DNA from: Octopus sinensis
Lineage: Eukaryota
Assembly (NCBI RefSeq): GCF_006345805.1
Contig: NC_043017.1
Location: 12,400,001 to 12,464,000 of the forward strand
Reading direction: 5' to 3'
Length of the DNA: 64,000 nucleotides
How positions within the stretch are numbered: position 1 is the stretch's first letter; each line of letters opens with the position of its first letter. Below the pieces are notes generated by a model. It did no database searches, was not told the DNA's origin, and worked only from the letters and a program-made list of their open reading frames with translations. This document shows positions 53,347 through 64,000 of this stretch, in pieces. The position numbers and the translations under genes are program-made.

Positions 53347-53381
<35 letters not shown>

Positions 53382-53824
53382 ATACACACACACCTCTCTC
53401 TCTATATACATACACACACACATACATATACACATACATACACATATACTGGTCTGTATGCATCTAATGACTTGTGTTAGCAAAATCAATCCCATGTACA
53501 GATCTTATTCACACCAGATGGAATTACATAAGAACAAAATACTCCCGTTATATCATACGCAGGCTTGCTTACATTGCATCATCTTGCACACACGCTTATA
53601 TTTTTTTGTGCATATACTGCACTCCTGGTGTTGTTGCACTGGATCAGGTAAACTTGATGCGAGTATTTCTTTGTAACAATGCAAACATCAGTTTCCAAAC
53701 TATCAAGCTGTGACTTGTTTGTCAGAATCGAGCAGGTTTGTTTCTATGGGAGGAGGTCTTGCTGTCTGTGTGTTCGTGTTGGTCTGTGTTGCTGTGTGCG
53801 TGTGGGTTCTCCTCTGTGTGTGTG

Positions 53825-54109
53825 TGTGGTGCTCTGTATGTGTGTGGCTGTTTGTGTGTATGTGTGTGTGTTGCTCTGTATATGTGTGACTGAGTGTGTG
53901 TGTGTGTTGCTCTGTATATGTGTGACTGTGTGTGTGTGTGTGTGTGTGTTGCTCTGTATATGTGTGACTGTGTGTGTGTGTGTTGCTCTGTATATGTGTG
54001 ACTGTGTGTGTTTGTTGCTCTGTATATGTGTGACTGTGTGTGGTGTGTGTGTGTGTTGCTCTGTATATGTGTGACTGTGTGTGTGTGTTTGTTGCTCTGT
54101 ATATGTGTG

Positions 54110-54140
<31 letters not shown>

Positions 54141-54230
54141 TGCTCTGTATATGTGTGACTGTGTGTGTGTGTTTGTTGCTCTGTATATGTGTGACTGTGT
54201 GTGTGTGTGTGTGTTGCTCTGTATGTGTTT
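53825..54230. repeat. Minisatellite GTTGCTCTGTATATGTGTGAC(TG)n, ~10 units
   Basis: Directly visible. Confidence 0.9.
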
Positions 54231-54493
54231 GTGGTGTGTGTGTGTGTGTGTTTGTGTGTTGTTCTGTGTTGCTGTGTGCATGTGGGTTCTCCTCTGTGTG
54301 TGTGGCTGTTTGTATGTGTGTGTGTGTGTTTGTGTGTGTTGCTCTGTCTGTGTGTATGTGTGTGTGTCCATGTGTTTGTTTTCTTTTGTGTGTGTGTTCA
54401 TGTGTTTGTTTTGCTTTCTGTGCATGTGTTTTTCTCTGTGTGTGTGTGTTGCTCTGTTTGTGTGTATGTGTGTGTGTCCATATATTTATTTTC

Positions 54494-54528
<35 letters not shown>

Positions 54529-54709
54529 CGTGTTGCTGTATGTATGTTCTAGTATGTGAGTGAATGTACATTGTATATTGCTGTTTATGTGTGTGTTATT
54601 GTAAGTGTGTGTATGTTCTTGTATTTGCACGTGCATATTTCTCTGCATCTATGTTTTTGTGTATGGGTATATGTCTGTTGCTGCATGCATGCTGTATGTG
54701 TGTGTATAT

Positions 54710-54743
<34 letters not shown>

Positions 54744-54857
54744 ATTAATAGTAATGGTAAGACACAATGATATATATATATATATATATATATATTAATA
54801 GTAATGGTAAGACAACCATATATATATATATATATATATATTAATAGTAATGGTAAG

Positions 54858-54919
<62 letters not shown>

Positions 54920-55007
54920 ATAAAAATGGTAAGACAACAAAAGAATGGAAGAGACCTCGATATTGTGTAAATAGAGGAATTTATCTGTAAAATTAATATG
55001 TGACAAT

Positions 55008-55176
55008 TATTCGGTAGCCTTAATAAAACTCTGAGTTTTGGATGTCAGGGCAGAAACCCACACCGCCATCTATTCGGTTATCCGGCCATCAAACCATGCT
55101 GGATAACTGAAGAGATGGTGGCGTGGATTTCCAACCCGGCATCCGAAACTCGGAGTTTTAACATAGCTACTGAATA
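55008..55176. mobile_element. Imperfect ~80-bp-arm palindrome with a hammerhead-like motif in each arm
   Basis: Arms 55008-55086 and 55098-55176 are reverse complements; the right arm reads GATAA-CTGAAGA-GATG..CATC-C-GAAA-CTCGGAG-TT-TTAAC. Confidence 0.55.
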
Positions 55177-55565
55177 GTGTGGTAAGTAGCTTGCTTACGA
55201 ACCACATGGTTCCAGGTTCAATCCCACTGCGTGGCATCTTGGGCAAGTGTCTTCTGCTATAGCCCCGGGCTGACCAATGCCTTGTGAGTGGATTTGGTAG
55301 ACGGAAACTGAAAGAAGCCTGTTGTATATGTATGTGTGTGTGTTTGTGTGTCTGTGTTTGTTCCCCTAGCATTGCTTGACAACCGCTGCTGGTGTGTTTA
55401 CGTCCCCGTCACTTAGCGGTTCGGCAAAAAGAGACTGATAGAATAAGTACTGGGCTTACAAAAAAAAAAAAAGAATAAGTCCCGGGGTCGAGTTGCTTGA
55501 CTAAAGGCAGTGCTCCAGCATGGCCGCAGTCAAATGACTGAAACATGTAAAAGAGTAAAAGAGAG
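55177..55565 (+). mobile_element. SINE family A, young
   Basis: High similarity to 3156-3520. Confidence 0.88.
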
Positions 55566-55947
55566 AGTATATATATATATATAATATATATATTTTGTTC
55601 TCTGTGTGTTTGTAAATGTATGTTTCTATATGTGAGTGTGTATGTTTTACTCTGTGTGTGTGTGTTTGTGTGTGCGTGCATGTGGTCATGCTTGTATTTC
55701 TGTGTTACCATATGTATATTTGTGCATTTGTGTACATGTTTTTGCATCTGAGTGAATGTGCGTGTGTGTGTTGCACTTCGTGTTATCTATGTGTTAGTGT
55801 GTTTACATACGCATGATCTTCCGTGTTTATTGTCCATGTGTTTATACTCGAGTATGTGTCTGTGCTTCAGTACTCATGTATGTATTCATCTGAGCATTTT
55901 TGCGTGCGTAAATGCATGTGTATATTGTCTTTCTGTATTTATGTGTT

Positions 55948-55978
<31 letters not shown>

Positions 55979-56416
55979 CAGTGTGGTGTATATGTAATGT
56001 TTGGGTTTGTGTCTACATTCGTATGTGTATGTGGTATTGTTTATGTGTTTAAAATAGTGTGTAGATGTTTGCTTAGCAACTACCCAGTTCCAGGTTCAAA
56101 TTCCACTGGGTGACATCTTGGGTAAATATCTTCTGTTTCCACTGGGTGACCAAAGACCAATGCCTAGTGAGTGAAATTTGGTACAGGGTAACTGTAAAGA
56201 AGCCTGTTGTGTGTGTATATGCATAATTTTATATAATATATATAAATTAATAATAATAATATTAGGGAGTAAATCCAAACTTACAGGGAAAAATTAGATT
56301 TAGAATTAAATCTAATTTTATAGTATAAATATATATATATATATATTTTATTTCTATCTATTGGCTTATGATTTTCACTGTTTGATTTGCCTAATAGTGG
56401 TTTTATCTCTAATTTA

Positions 56417-56454
<38 letters not shown>

Positions 56455-56457
<3 letters not shown>

Positions 56458-57096
56458 GTAGGTGTGGCAAGACCACTTCCTTCCCAATCACATGGTCTGG
56501 GTTCAGTCCCACTATATGGCACCTTGGATAAGCGTCTTCAACTATAGCCTTGAGTCAACCAAAGCCTTGTGAGTGGATTTGGTAGATGGAAACTGAAAGA
56601 AGCCTGTCATGTATGTGTGTGAGTTTGTCCCCCACCACTGCTCAACAATCGGTGTTGGTGTGTTTACATCCCCATCACTTAAAGACTGACGGAATAAGTA
56701 CCAGACTTCAAACGAAAATAAACTGGAGCTGATTTGTCGAGTTGTTCTACTAAAATTCTTCCAGATGGTGCCCCAGTATGGCCTTGGACCAATAACTGAA
56801 ACAAGTGAGATATAAAATATATATATATATATATATATATAGTGTGAGAGAGAGAGAGAGACAGACAGACAGATGTATACTCTCGTTACTCTTTTACTTG
56901 TTTGTCATGTGACTGTGGCCATGCTGGAGCACCGCATTTAGGCGAGGAAATTGACCCCCAGGACTTATTCTTTGTAAGCCTAGTACTTATTCTATCGGCC
57001 TTTTTTGCTGAACAGCTAAGTTACAGGGACGTAAACACACCAGCATCGGTTGTCAAGTGATGTTGGGGGGACAAACACAGACACACAAACATATAC

Positions 57097-57137
<41 letters not shown>

Positions 57138-58373
57138 ACAGGCTTCTTTCAGTTTCCGTCTACAAAATCCACTCATAAGGCTTTGATCAGCCCGAGGCTA
57201 AAGAAGAAGACACTTGCCCTAGGTGCCACGCAGTGGGACTGAACCCAGAACCATGTGGTTCGTAAGCAAGCTACTTACCACACAGCCACTCCTACGCCTA
57301 TGTGTATGTATATGTGCAGGCATGGGTTTGATGGGTTTGTGACTCAGAAATTTGCTTTCAAGCTTGTGCTTTTAGGTTCAGTCCTACTGCACAATACCTT
57401 GGACAAGTTTTTTCTCCTGCCACCCTAGGATGACCAGTGGCTTGTGAGTGAATTTAATGATAGCAAACAGCGTAGAAGCCTATCTCATGTTGTGTGTATG
57501 GTGCATGTGAGTGTTCCCTACTCAACAAGCAATGATGGCTTGTTTATGTAGCAGTCCGGCAAAATGGAAGCAATAGAATATGTACTGAGGTTGGTTTATT
57601 GAACTAAATTCTTCAATGACTGAAGAATACGAAATAATCAAAGAATATATATGTCTAGTATATATGTCATTGTTCAGTTTTATTTCAAGATTTCTTACCA
57701 ATAGAGAAAGAATCGGTTTCTTACCTAGATCCAAGGCTCCTTCATTGGAATTTCAACATCAGCAATAGGGTATTTTTGTTTGTATGTATGTATGTATAGG
57801 CGTAGGAGTGGCTGTGTTGTAAGTAGCTTGCTTACTAACCACATGGTTCCGGATTCAGTCCCACTGCGTGGCACCTTGGGTAAGTGTCATCTACTATAAC
57901 CTTGGGCTGACCAAAGCCTTGTGACTGGATTTAGTAGATGGAAACTGATTCCAGGTGAGAATGCAATCGATAAAGCCATGGGAATGTGCATTTGTACGCG
58001 CAAGTACATGAGCTGTTACGATCGATACTACGCATATGCAAGAAAAATGCACGTGCAGTTTGTGCAAAAAAGTGGGCTGGCTTGAAATAATGCCACAAGA
58101 TGCAGTATATTTAAGAGACCAAAGAAGTAAGATGCAAAAGAGATATTTTCTTCAAACTTGGTATGAAGGAAGGAAAGACTTTTTGGTTTCTCAAGAAGTT
58201 TTTTTTTGCCTTAACTTTAACAAAACCAAAAATTTTATTGAAATAAAGGCATGTTTAATTATTTTTTAATGAAAAGAAAACACTGATTGCTTTTTATTCC
58301 ACAGATATGATTCAGCACCGTCCATTGGACGGGGGGAGGGCGTTTTGTGTATATATATATATATATAGATATA

Positions 58374-58415
<42 letters not shown>

Positions 58416-58810
58416 AGTGGCTGTGTGGTAAGTAGCTTGCTTCCCAACTACATGGTTCTGGGTTCAGTCCCATTGTGTGACACCTTGGCCAAGTGTCTTC
58501 TACTATAGCCTCAGGCTGACCAAAGCCTTGTTAGTGGATTTGGTAGATAGAAACTGAAAGAAGCCCATCATATATATATATTATATATATATGTGTGTGT
58601 GTGTATCTGTGTTTGTCACCCCCCCACCATCGCTTGACAACTGATGTTGGTGTGTTTACGTCCCCGTAACTTAGCAGTTCGGCAAAAGAGACCAATATAA
58701 TAAGTACTAGGCTTACAAAGAACAAGTCCTGGGGTCGACTTGTTCAACTGAAGGTGGTGCTCCAGCATGGCCATAGTCAAATGACTGAAACAAATGAAAA
58801 AGGATAAAAA
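56455..58810. mobile_element. Cluster of SINE family A copies (56455-56815 +, 56885-57300 -, 57797-57948 +, 58412-58810 +)
   Basis: Head, core and tail similarity in each copy. Confidence 0.8.
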
Positions 58811-58829
58811 GAATACATAAATACATACA

Positions 58830-59175
58830 CACACACACATCTATCCACACACGTGTTAACACACACACACACACATCTATTCACACACGTGTTAACACAC
58901 ACAACACACACACACACACACATCTATCCACACACGTGTTAACACACACATGTTAACACACACACACATACATCTATCCACACACACACACACACACACA
59001 CACACATCTATCCACACACACACACACACACACACACATCTATCCACACCACACACACACACACACACACACACATCTATCCACACACGTGTTAACACAC
59101 ACACATCTATCCACACACATGTTAACACACACACACATCTATCCACACACGTGTTACACACACACACACACACAC
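58830..59175. repeat. CATCTATC(CA)n-GTGTTAA compound minisatellite
   Basis: Directly visible. Confidence 0.88.
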
Positions 59176-59875
59176 CTGTACACACCTTTATTGTCTTATC
59201 AATATCGATCTACATTGAAAGGAGATGGTGGCGGCGAGTCATAGTGATACAGGGAAAAGCGAATCCTACAGAAGGGGAGATGGTTATCGGATAGCACTGT
59301 GGTAGGGTGTGGCACAGTAGTGGTGGTGGTGGTGTGCAGGGGGGAATGGTAGTAGTGGTGGTAATGGTGGTGGTAATATCAGTGCTGAGGTGACAGTAGT
59401 AATTGTGGGGGTGGTTTTAGTGGAGATGGTGGATTGTCGTGGTGGTGGTGACGGTGTTGGCGATGGTAGTGGTGGTTGTGGTAATAATAGTTGTAGGTGT
59501 AATAGTGTTGTTGTTGTTGGTGGTGATGGTGATAGTAGCAGTAGTGGTGATGGTGTGGTAATATTAGTAATGTTGGTGCTAGTAGTAGGTGCGGTAATGT
59601 TGTTGTTGTTGGTGTTGGTGGTGATGATGCCAGACTGATTCCAATCAATAAAGAGAGGCTGGGAATATCGAACTGGCAGACTGGTAGGCTGGCTGGCTGA
59701 TTGGTGTGGTTGGCTGGTGGTTGGTTGGTTGGTTGGTGTTAATGGAGGCAGGGTGGTGGTGACAATGAAATTACTACTGCTACTACTACTACTACCACCT
59801 CCACCATCATTACTGCTGCTGCTACTACTACTACTACTACTATCACCACCACCATCATTACAAGTGCTGCTGCTG

Positions 59876-59921
<46 letters not shown>

Positions 59922-60151
59922 AGCAGTGGAAAACTGTAGCAGAAGGAATTGTAGGATAAAATGGAAAAAAACCCCAAACATTATGAATTAACATAAACAG
60001 TTGTTACATCTATAACAAAATACAGTGTGTGTGTGTATATACACATACACAATTTTTTAAAATATGTTTGTTTATACACATGTATGTGCACATAAACACA
60101 ACTTAAACAAATATGATTGATCTATCTATATGTGTATACACACACACATAA

Positions 60152-60195
<44 letters not shown>

Positions 60196-60197
<2 letters not shown>

Positions 60198-60394
60198 GCA
60201 CGTAAAAAGCACCCACTACACTCATGGAGTGGTTGGCGTTAGGAAGGGCATCCAGCTGTAGAAACACTGCCAGATCAGACTGGAGCCTGGTGCAGCCTCC
60301 TGGCTTCCCAGAACCCCAGTCGAACCATCTAACCCATGCTAGCATGAAAAACAGACGTTAAACGATGATGATGATGATATATATATATAGGTGT

Positions 60395-60428
<34 letters not shown>

Positions 60429-60935
60429 AGTTGAATAGTAAGGGTCGGTACATAAAAGTGATAGATGGCTAGGATAGATGGGGTTGTATACTTTAATTAC
60501 ATACATAATCAGAATCGAAATCGATCAATGGAAATTGCAGATGTGTTAACAGTGCCGGTGGCATGTAAGAAAACCTTCCGTTTCGCAACCGTTGCCAGCA
60601 CCGCCCCGACTGGCCTCGTGCCGGTGGCACGTAAAAAGCACCATCCGTTTGTGTCCGTTGCCAGCCTCGCCTGGCCCTCGTGCCGGTGGCACATAAAAAG
60701 CACCATCCGTTCGTGGCCGTTTGCCAGCTCTGTCTGGCACCTGTGCGGGTGGCACGTAAAAAGCACCCACTACACTCACGGAGTGGTTGGCGTTAGGAAG
60801 GGCATCCAGCCGTAGAAACACTGCCAGATTTGACTGGGCCTGATGAAGCCTTCTGGCTTCACAGACCCCAGTAGAACCGTCCAACCCATGCTAGCATGGA
60901 AAACGGACGCTAAACGATGATGATGATGATGATGA
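60196..60935 (+). mobile_element. Two SINE family D 3' parts (60196-60378 and ~60510-60935), the second with an internal ~62-bp tandem repeat
   Basis: GTGCCGGTGGCA(C)GTAAAAAGCACC-like unit at ~60552, 60618, 60680 and 60743; (GAT)n tails. Confidence 0.8.
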
Positions 60936-62019
60936 TACATATATATATACATATACAGCCATATTTTAAGGATATATACACATTGATGTACACATTCTTT
61001 ATGAATTGTAATATGTGCATGTGTATGAAAATATGTGTGAATGGGTGTATAATTGTGTGTGTGTGTTCAGTGATCATAACTTATTATTAATTTGATTAAT
61101 TAACTGGTTGTTAATTATTGGTTGCAGTTATGTGACTGAATTAAATGCTGCTGCAGTATGGGATGCTGTATTTAGAGATATTATTACTGATTGGTTGAGA
61201 TTTAATTAGCATTGGAGGTTGCTGAGGAAAATATCTGTAATCAATAACGAGGGTAGTAGATGAGGATGGGGGGTACAGGGGTACACAAGGGATAGGATAT
61301 GGGTGGGGCTTGGTGAGATGTATGGATGAAGTAGAGAAGGTAGGGAGTATGGGGTAGTAGATAAGGGTGGTAAATAGGGGGTATGTAAAGGTGATAGATA
61401 TGGGTAGGTGTGGTAAGGGTAGTAGATGGGTGTGATATGGGTGATGGGTACATAAAGGTGATGGATGGCTAGGGTAGATGGATAGGATTGTAGGTGGAGG
61501 TTTTAGATGAAAGTACTTGATGAGGGTGTTAAATAGGGTGGGGTGAGATAGATGAAGTGATAGGTAGGGTGGTTGGTAAGAGTATAAATGATTGACTAAA
61601 TAAGGGTGGTAGATGGAGGTTGTACATAAGGGTGATAGATACAGGTGGTGGTAGTAATGGGTGGTAGGTCTGGTGGATGTGGTGGTGGGATAGCAGATAG
61701 GGGTAGTAGATACAGATGGTATGTGGGTATAGATGGGTGTATTAGATGTAGGTGATGAGGGTAGCAAGTGAAGAGATAGATGAGGGTAGATTAGCTAAGG
61801 ATGGTAGAAGCACCTTCTCGTACAATTAAATCCTAGATTAGGGTGCATAAAGATAAACTACCTGGGTGCATATGGTATAAGGGCCACTACTATCTCTTTT
61901 ACTGTCTGTTCAAATATTTTTTGCAGGTCTCTGTGATGTGTTCTTGGCTAGATTTCTTATGTATTATATTCCCATTTTATATGGTTGAGTATCTCTTTCA
62001 ATGACTATTGTTATCGTTG

Positions 62020-62660
62020 TTTCACCTCTGGCCATGCTGGAATGCCGCCTTGAGGAATTTTTAGCCGAATGAATCGACCCCAATACTTTTTTTTTTATAA
62101 GTCTGGTACTTATTCTATTGGTAACTGCTGCCGAACTGCTAAGTTACGAGGACATAAACGTGCCAACAGCCGTTGTCAAATAATTGTGGGGGACAAACAG
62201 ACACATGGACATCCACACGCACATGTACACACACACACACACATACACGACAGGCTTCTTTCAGTCACTGTTTACTAAATCCCTTCACAAGGCTTAGGTT
62301 GGCTAGGGAACCTCCTTGAGGGATTTTAAACTTATTGGACTGTGGCCATGCTGGTGCACCACCTTGAAGGTTTTAGACAAACAAACCAACCCCAATACTT
62401 ATGATATTTTAAAAGCTTGGTATTCTGTTTCTTTTGCTGAACTGTTGGATTACTTGGATGTAAACACACCAACACCGGTTATCATGTGGTGATGGGAAAC
62501 AAACATACACACATGCACACATAAAACGGGCTTCTTTCAGTTTCCATCTACCAAAACCACTCACAATGCATTGATCCACTAGACACTTGCCCAATGTGCC
62601 ACACAGTGGGATTGAACCTGAGACCACTTGGTAGTAAAGCAAGCTTCTCAAACACAGTCA
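62020..62660 (-). mobile_element. Two diverged SINE family A copies
   Basis: Reverse-complement similarity to the family A tail, body and head. Confidence 0.7.
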
Positions 62661-62800
62661 CACCTGTGCCTCCTTTCTTCTAAAACGTTCATTCTACTGG
62701 AATTTTGTGGTAGTTTTCCTTCAAAGTGCTACATCTCATGGGGGAAGGAAAACAGTAGCATTTTTCTTCCCTCATTCCTTCATTTTGTTTTTTTTTTAGT

Positions 62801-63123
62801 ATTACACCTCACCAACAACAACACTGAACACCTTTTTGATCTCCATGTGTCTAACACACGTGGACATGCCTACAAAGTCAGAAAACACACAGCTCCCATG
62901 ACTTTCGGAAACATTTTTTTCACGCTCAGAGTTGCCTGAAGCATGGAACAAACAGCCTGCGTCAGTTGTTGACTGCCATGACACTGCATCCTTTAAGGCC
63001 CTATGCTTTCCGAAATCCGCCGCCGAAACTATACCTGATTATATATACACTTTAGATGAGTTGTAGTGCACCTGAGCACTGTACACAATTATTATTATTA
63101 TTGTTATTATTATTATTATTATT
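62801..63123 (+). mobile_element. 5'-truncated CR1-like LINE 3' end with (ATT)n tail
   Basis: HLTNNNTEHLFDLHVSNTRGHAYKVRK; same family as 1491-1776. Confidence 0.85.
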
Positions 63124-63254
63124 TTTAATACAACACAAATTGTGATCCTGAAACAAATTGATTCCCCCACACCTCAGAATTTCAACTTAGATATATTTTT
63201 TTTTACCCACAACTTTATTTAGGCAATAATGACTGAAACAAGTATAAGGTATAG

Positions 63255-63670
63255 GCTGAGCTGGCAGAACCGTTAGCACGCCGGGCGAAATGCTTAGCAG
63301 TATTTTGTCTGCCGTTACGTTGTGAGTTCAAATTCCGCTGAGGTCGACTTTGCCTTTCATCCTTTCGGGGTCGATAAATTAAGTACCAGTTACGCACTGG
63401 GGTCGATGTAATCGACTTAATACCTATGTCTGTCCTTGTTTGTCCCCTCTGTGTTTAGCCCCTTGTGGGTAATAAAGAAATAGGTATTTTGTCTGCCATT
63501 ACGTTGTGAGTTCAAATTCCGCCGAGGTCGACTTTGCCTTTCATCCTTTCGGGGTCGATAAATTAAGTACCAGTTACGCACTGGGGTCGATGTAATCGAC
63601 TTAATACCTATGCCTGTCTTTGTTTGTCCCCTCTGTGTTTAGCCCCTTGTGGGTAATAAAGAAATAGGTA
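63255..63670 (+). mobile_element. SINE family C with a tandem duplication of its 3' ~185 bp
   Basis: 63300-63484 is repeated at 63484-63670. Confidence 0.88.
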
Positions 63671-63740
63671 TATATATATATCTTACTCCTTTTATTGTAA
63701 AAGAGTAAAAGAGAGTAAAGAGTATACACACGCACACACA

Positions 63741-63820
63741 CAGAGTAATCCTTCGACTATCGCGGGTGTTACGTTCCAAAACACCCCGCGATAGGTGAAA
63801 ATCCGAGAAATAGTACTGTA
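63741..63820 (+). mobile_element. Tigger/pogo-like transposon end fragment
   Basis: AGTAATCCTTCGACTATCGCGGGTGTTACGTTCCA..CCCCGCGATAGGTGAAAATCCG resembles Tigger termini and has an internal IR CTATCGCGGG/CCCGCGATAG. Confidence 0.55.
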
Positions 63821-63823
63821 CTG

Positions 63824-64000
63824 GGATCTTTTCGGTTTGAACGGCAGTTTTTTAAAAATAATTTCCACGTAACTAAACACTTCTAAACTTCGTATACTGG
63901 TAGAATGTGTTTATAAAACATCTTTTTCTCTTGGCTTTATTGAGAAAATTCTATACGTTGTAAGATATTTGTTGTTCTTTTTCTTCAATTTCTGCAATTT
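63824..64000. mobile_element. Second copy (opposite orientation, truncated by window end) of the 21504-21940 element
   Basis: Reverse-complement similarity to 21765-21940. Confidence 0.75.

Noticed and set aside
60839-60865. CTGATGA followed by AGCC/GGCT hairpin
   Set aside because: No GAAA follows, and sister SINE copies read CTGGTGC, so it is a chance mutation.

Overview
This is a repeat-saturated, AT-rich, non-coding eukaryotic window (intronic or intergenic). The tRNA-derived SINE families and huge microsatellite load look most like an octopod cephalopod, but that is inference and unverified. No intact protein-coding gene is supported. Almost all six-frame ORFs are microsatellite artefacts, and the rest are transposon relics: Tc1, two mariners, Tx1/L1, several CR1-like and RTE LINE fragments, non-autonomous Helitrons, and piggyBac, hAT and Tigger-type MITEs. 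There are at least four SINE families with swappable tails. The most interesting signal is a dispersed set of hammerhead ribozyme (HHR) motifs. Four short elements that end at (TA)n-type tracts carry minimal, Penelope-type HHRs with palindromic stem III. Two ~170-180 bp palindromic elements carry an HHR motif in each arm. One full-size type I HHR core sits in a unique DNA island at ~50.2 kb. Also notable: a minisatellite born from the SINE core domain, a head-to-tail train of SINEs inserted in (ATT)n with a 1.8 kb expanded tail, and probable partner-LINE 3' ends that share structured tails with the SINEs. Coordinates of decayed repeats are approximate, and family assignments come from motif recognition without database searches.
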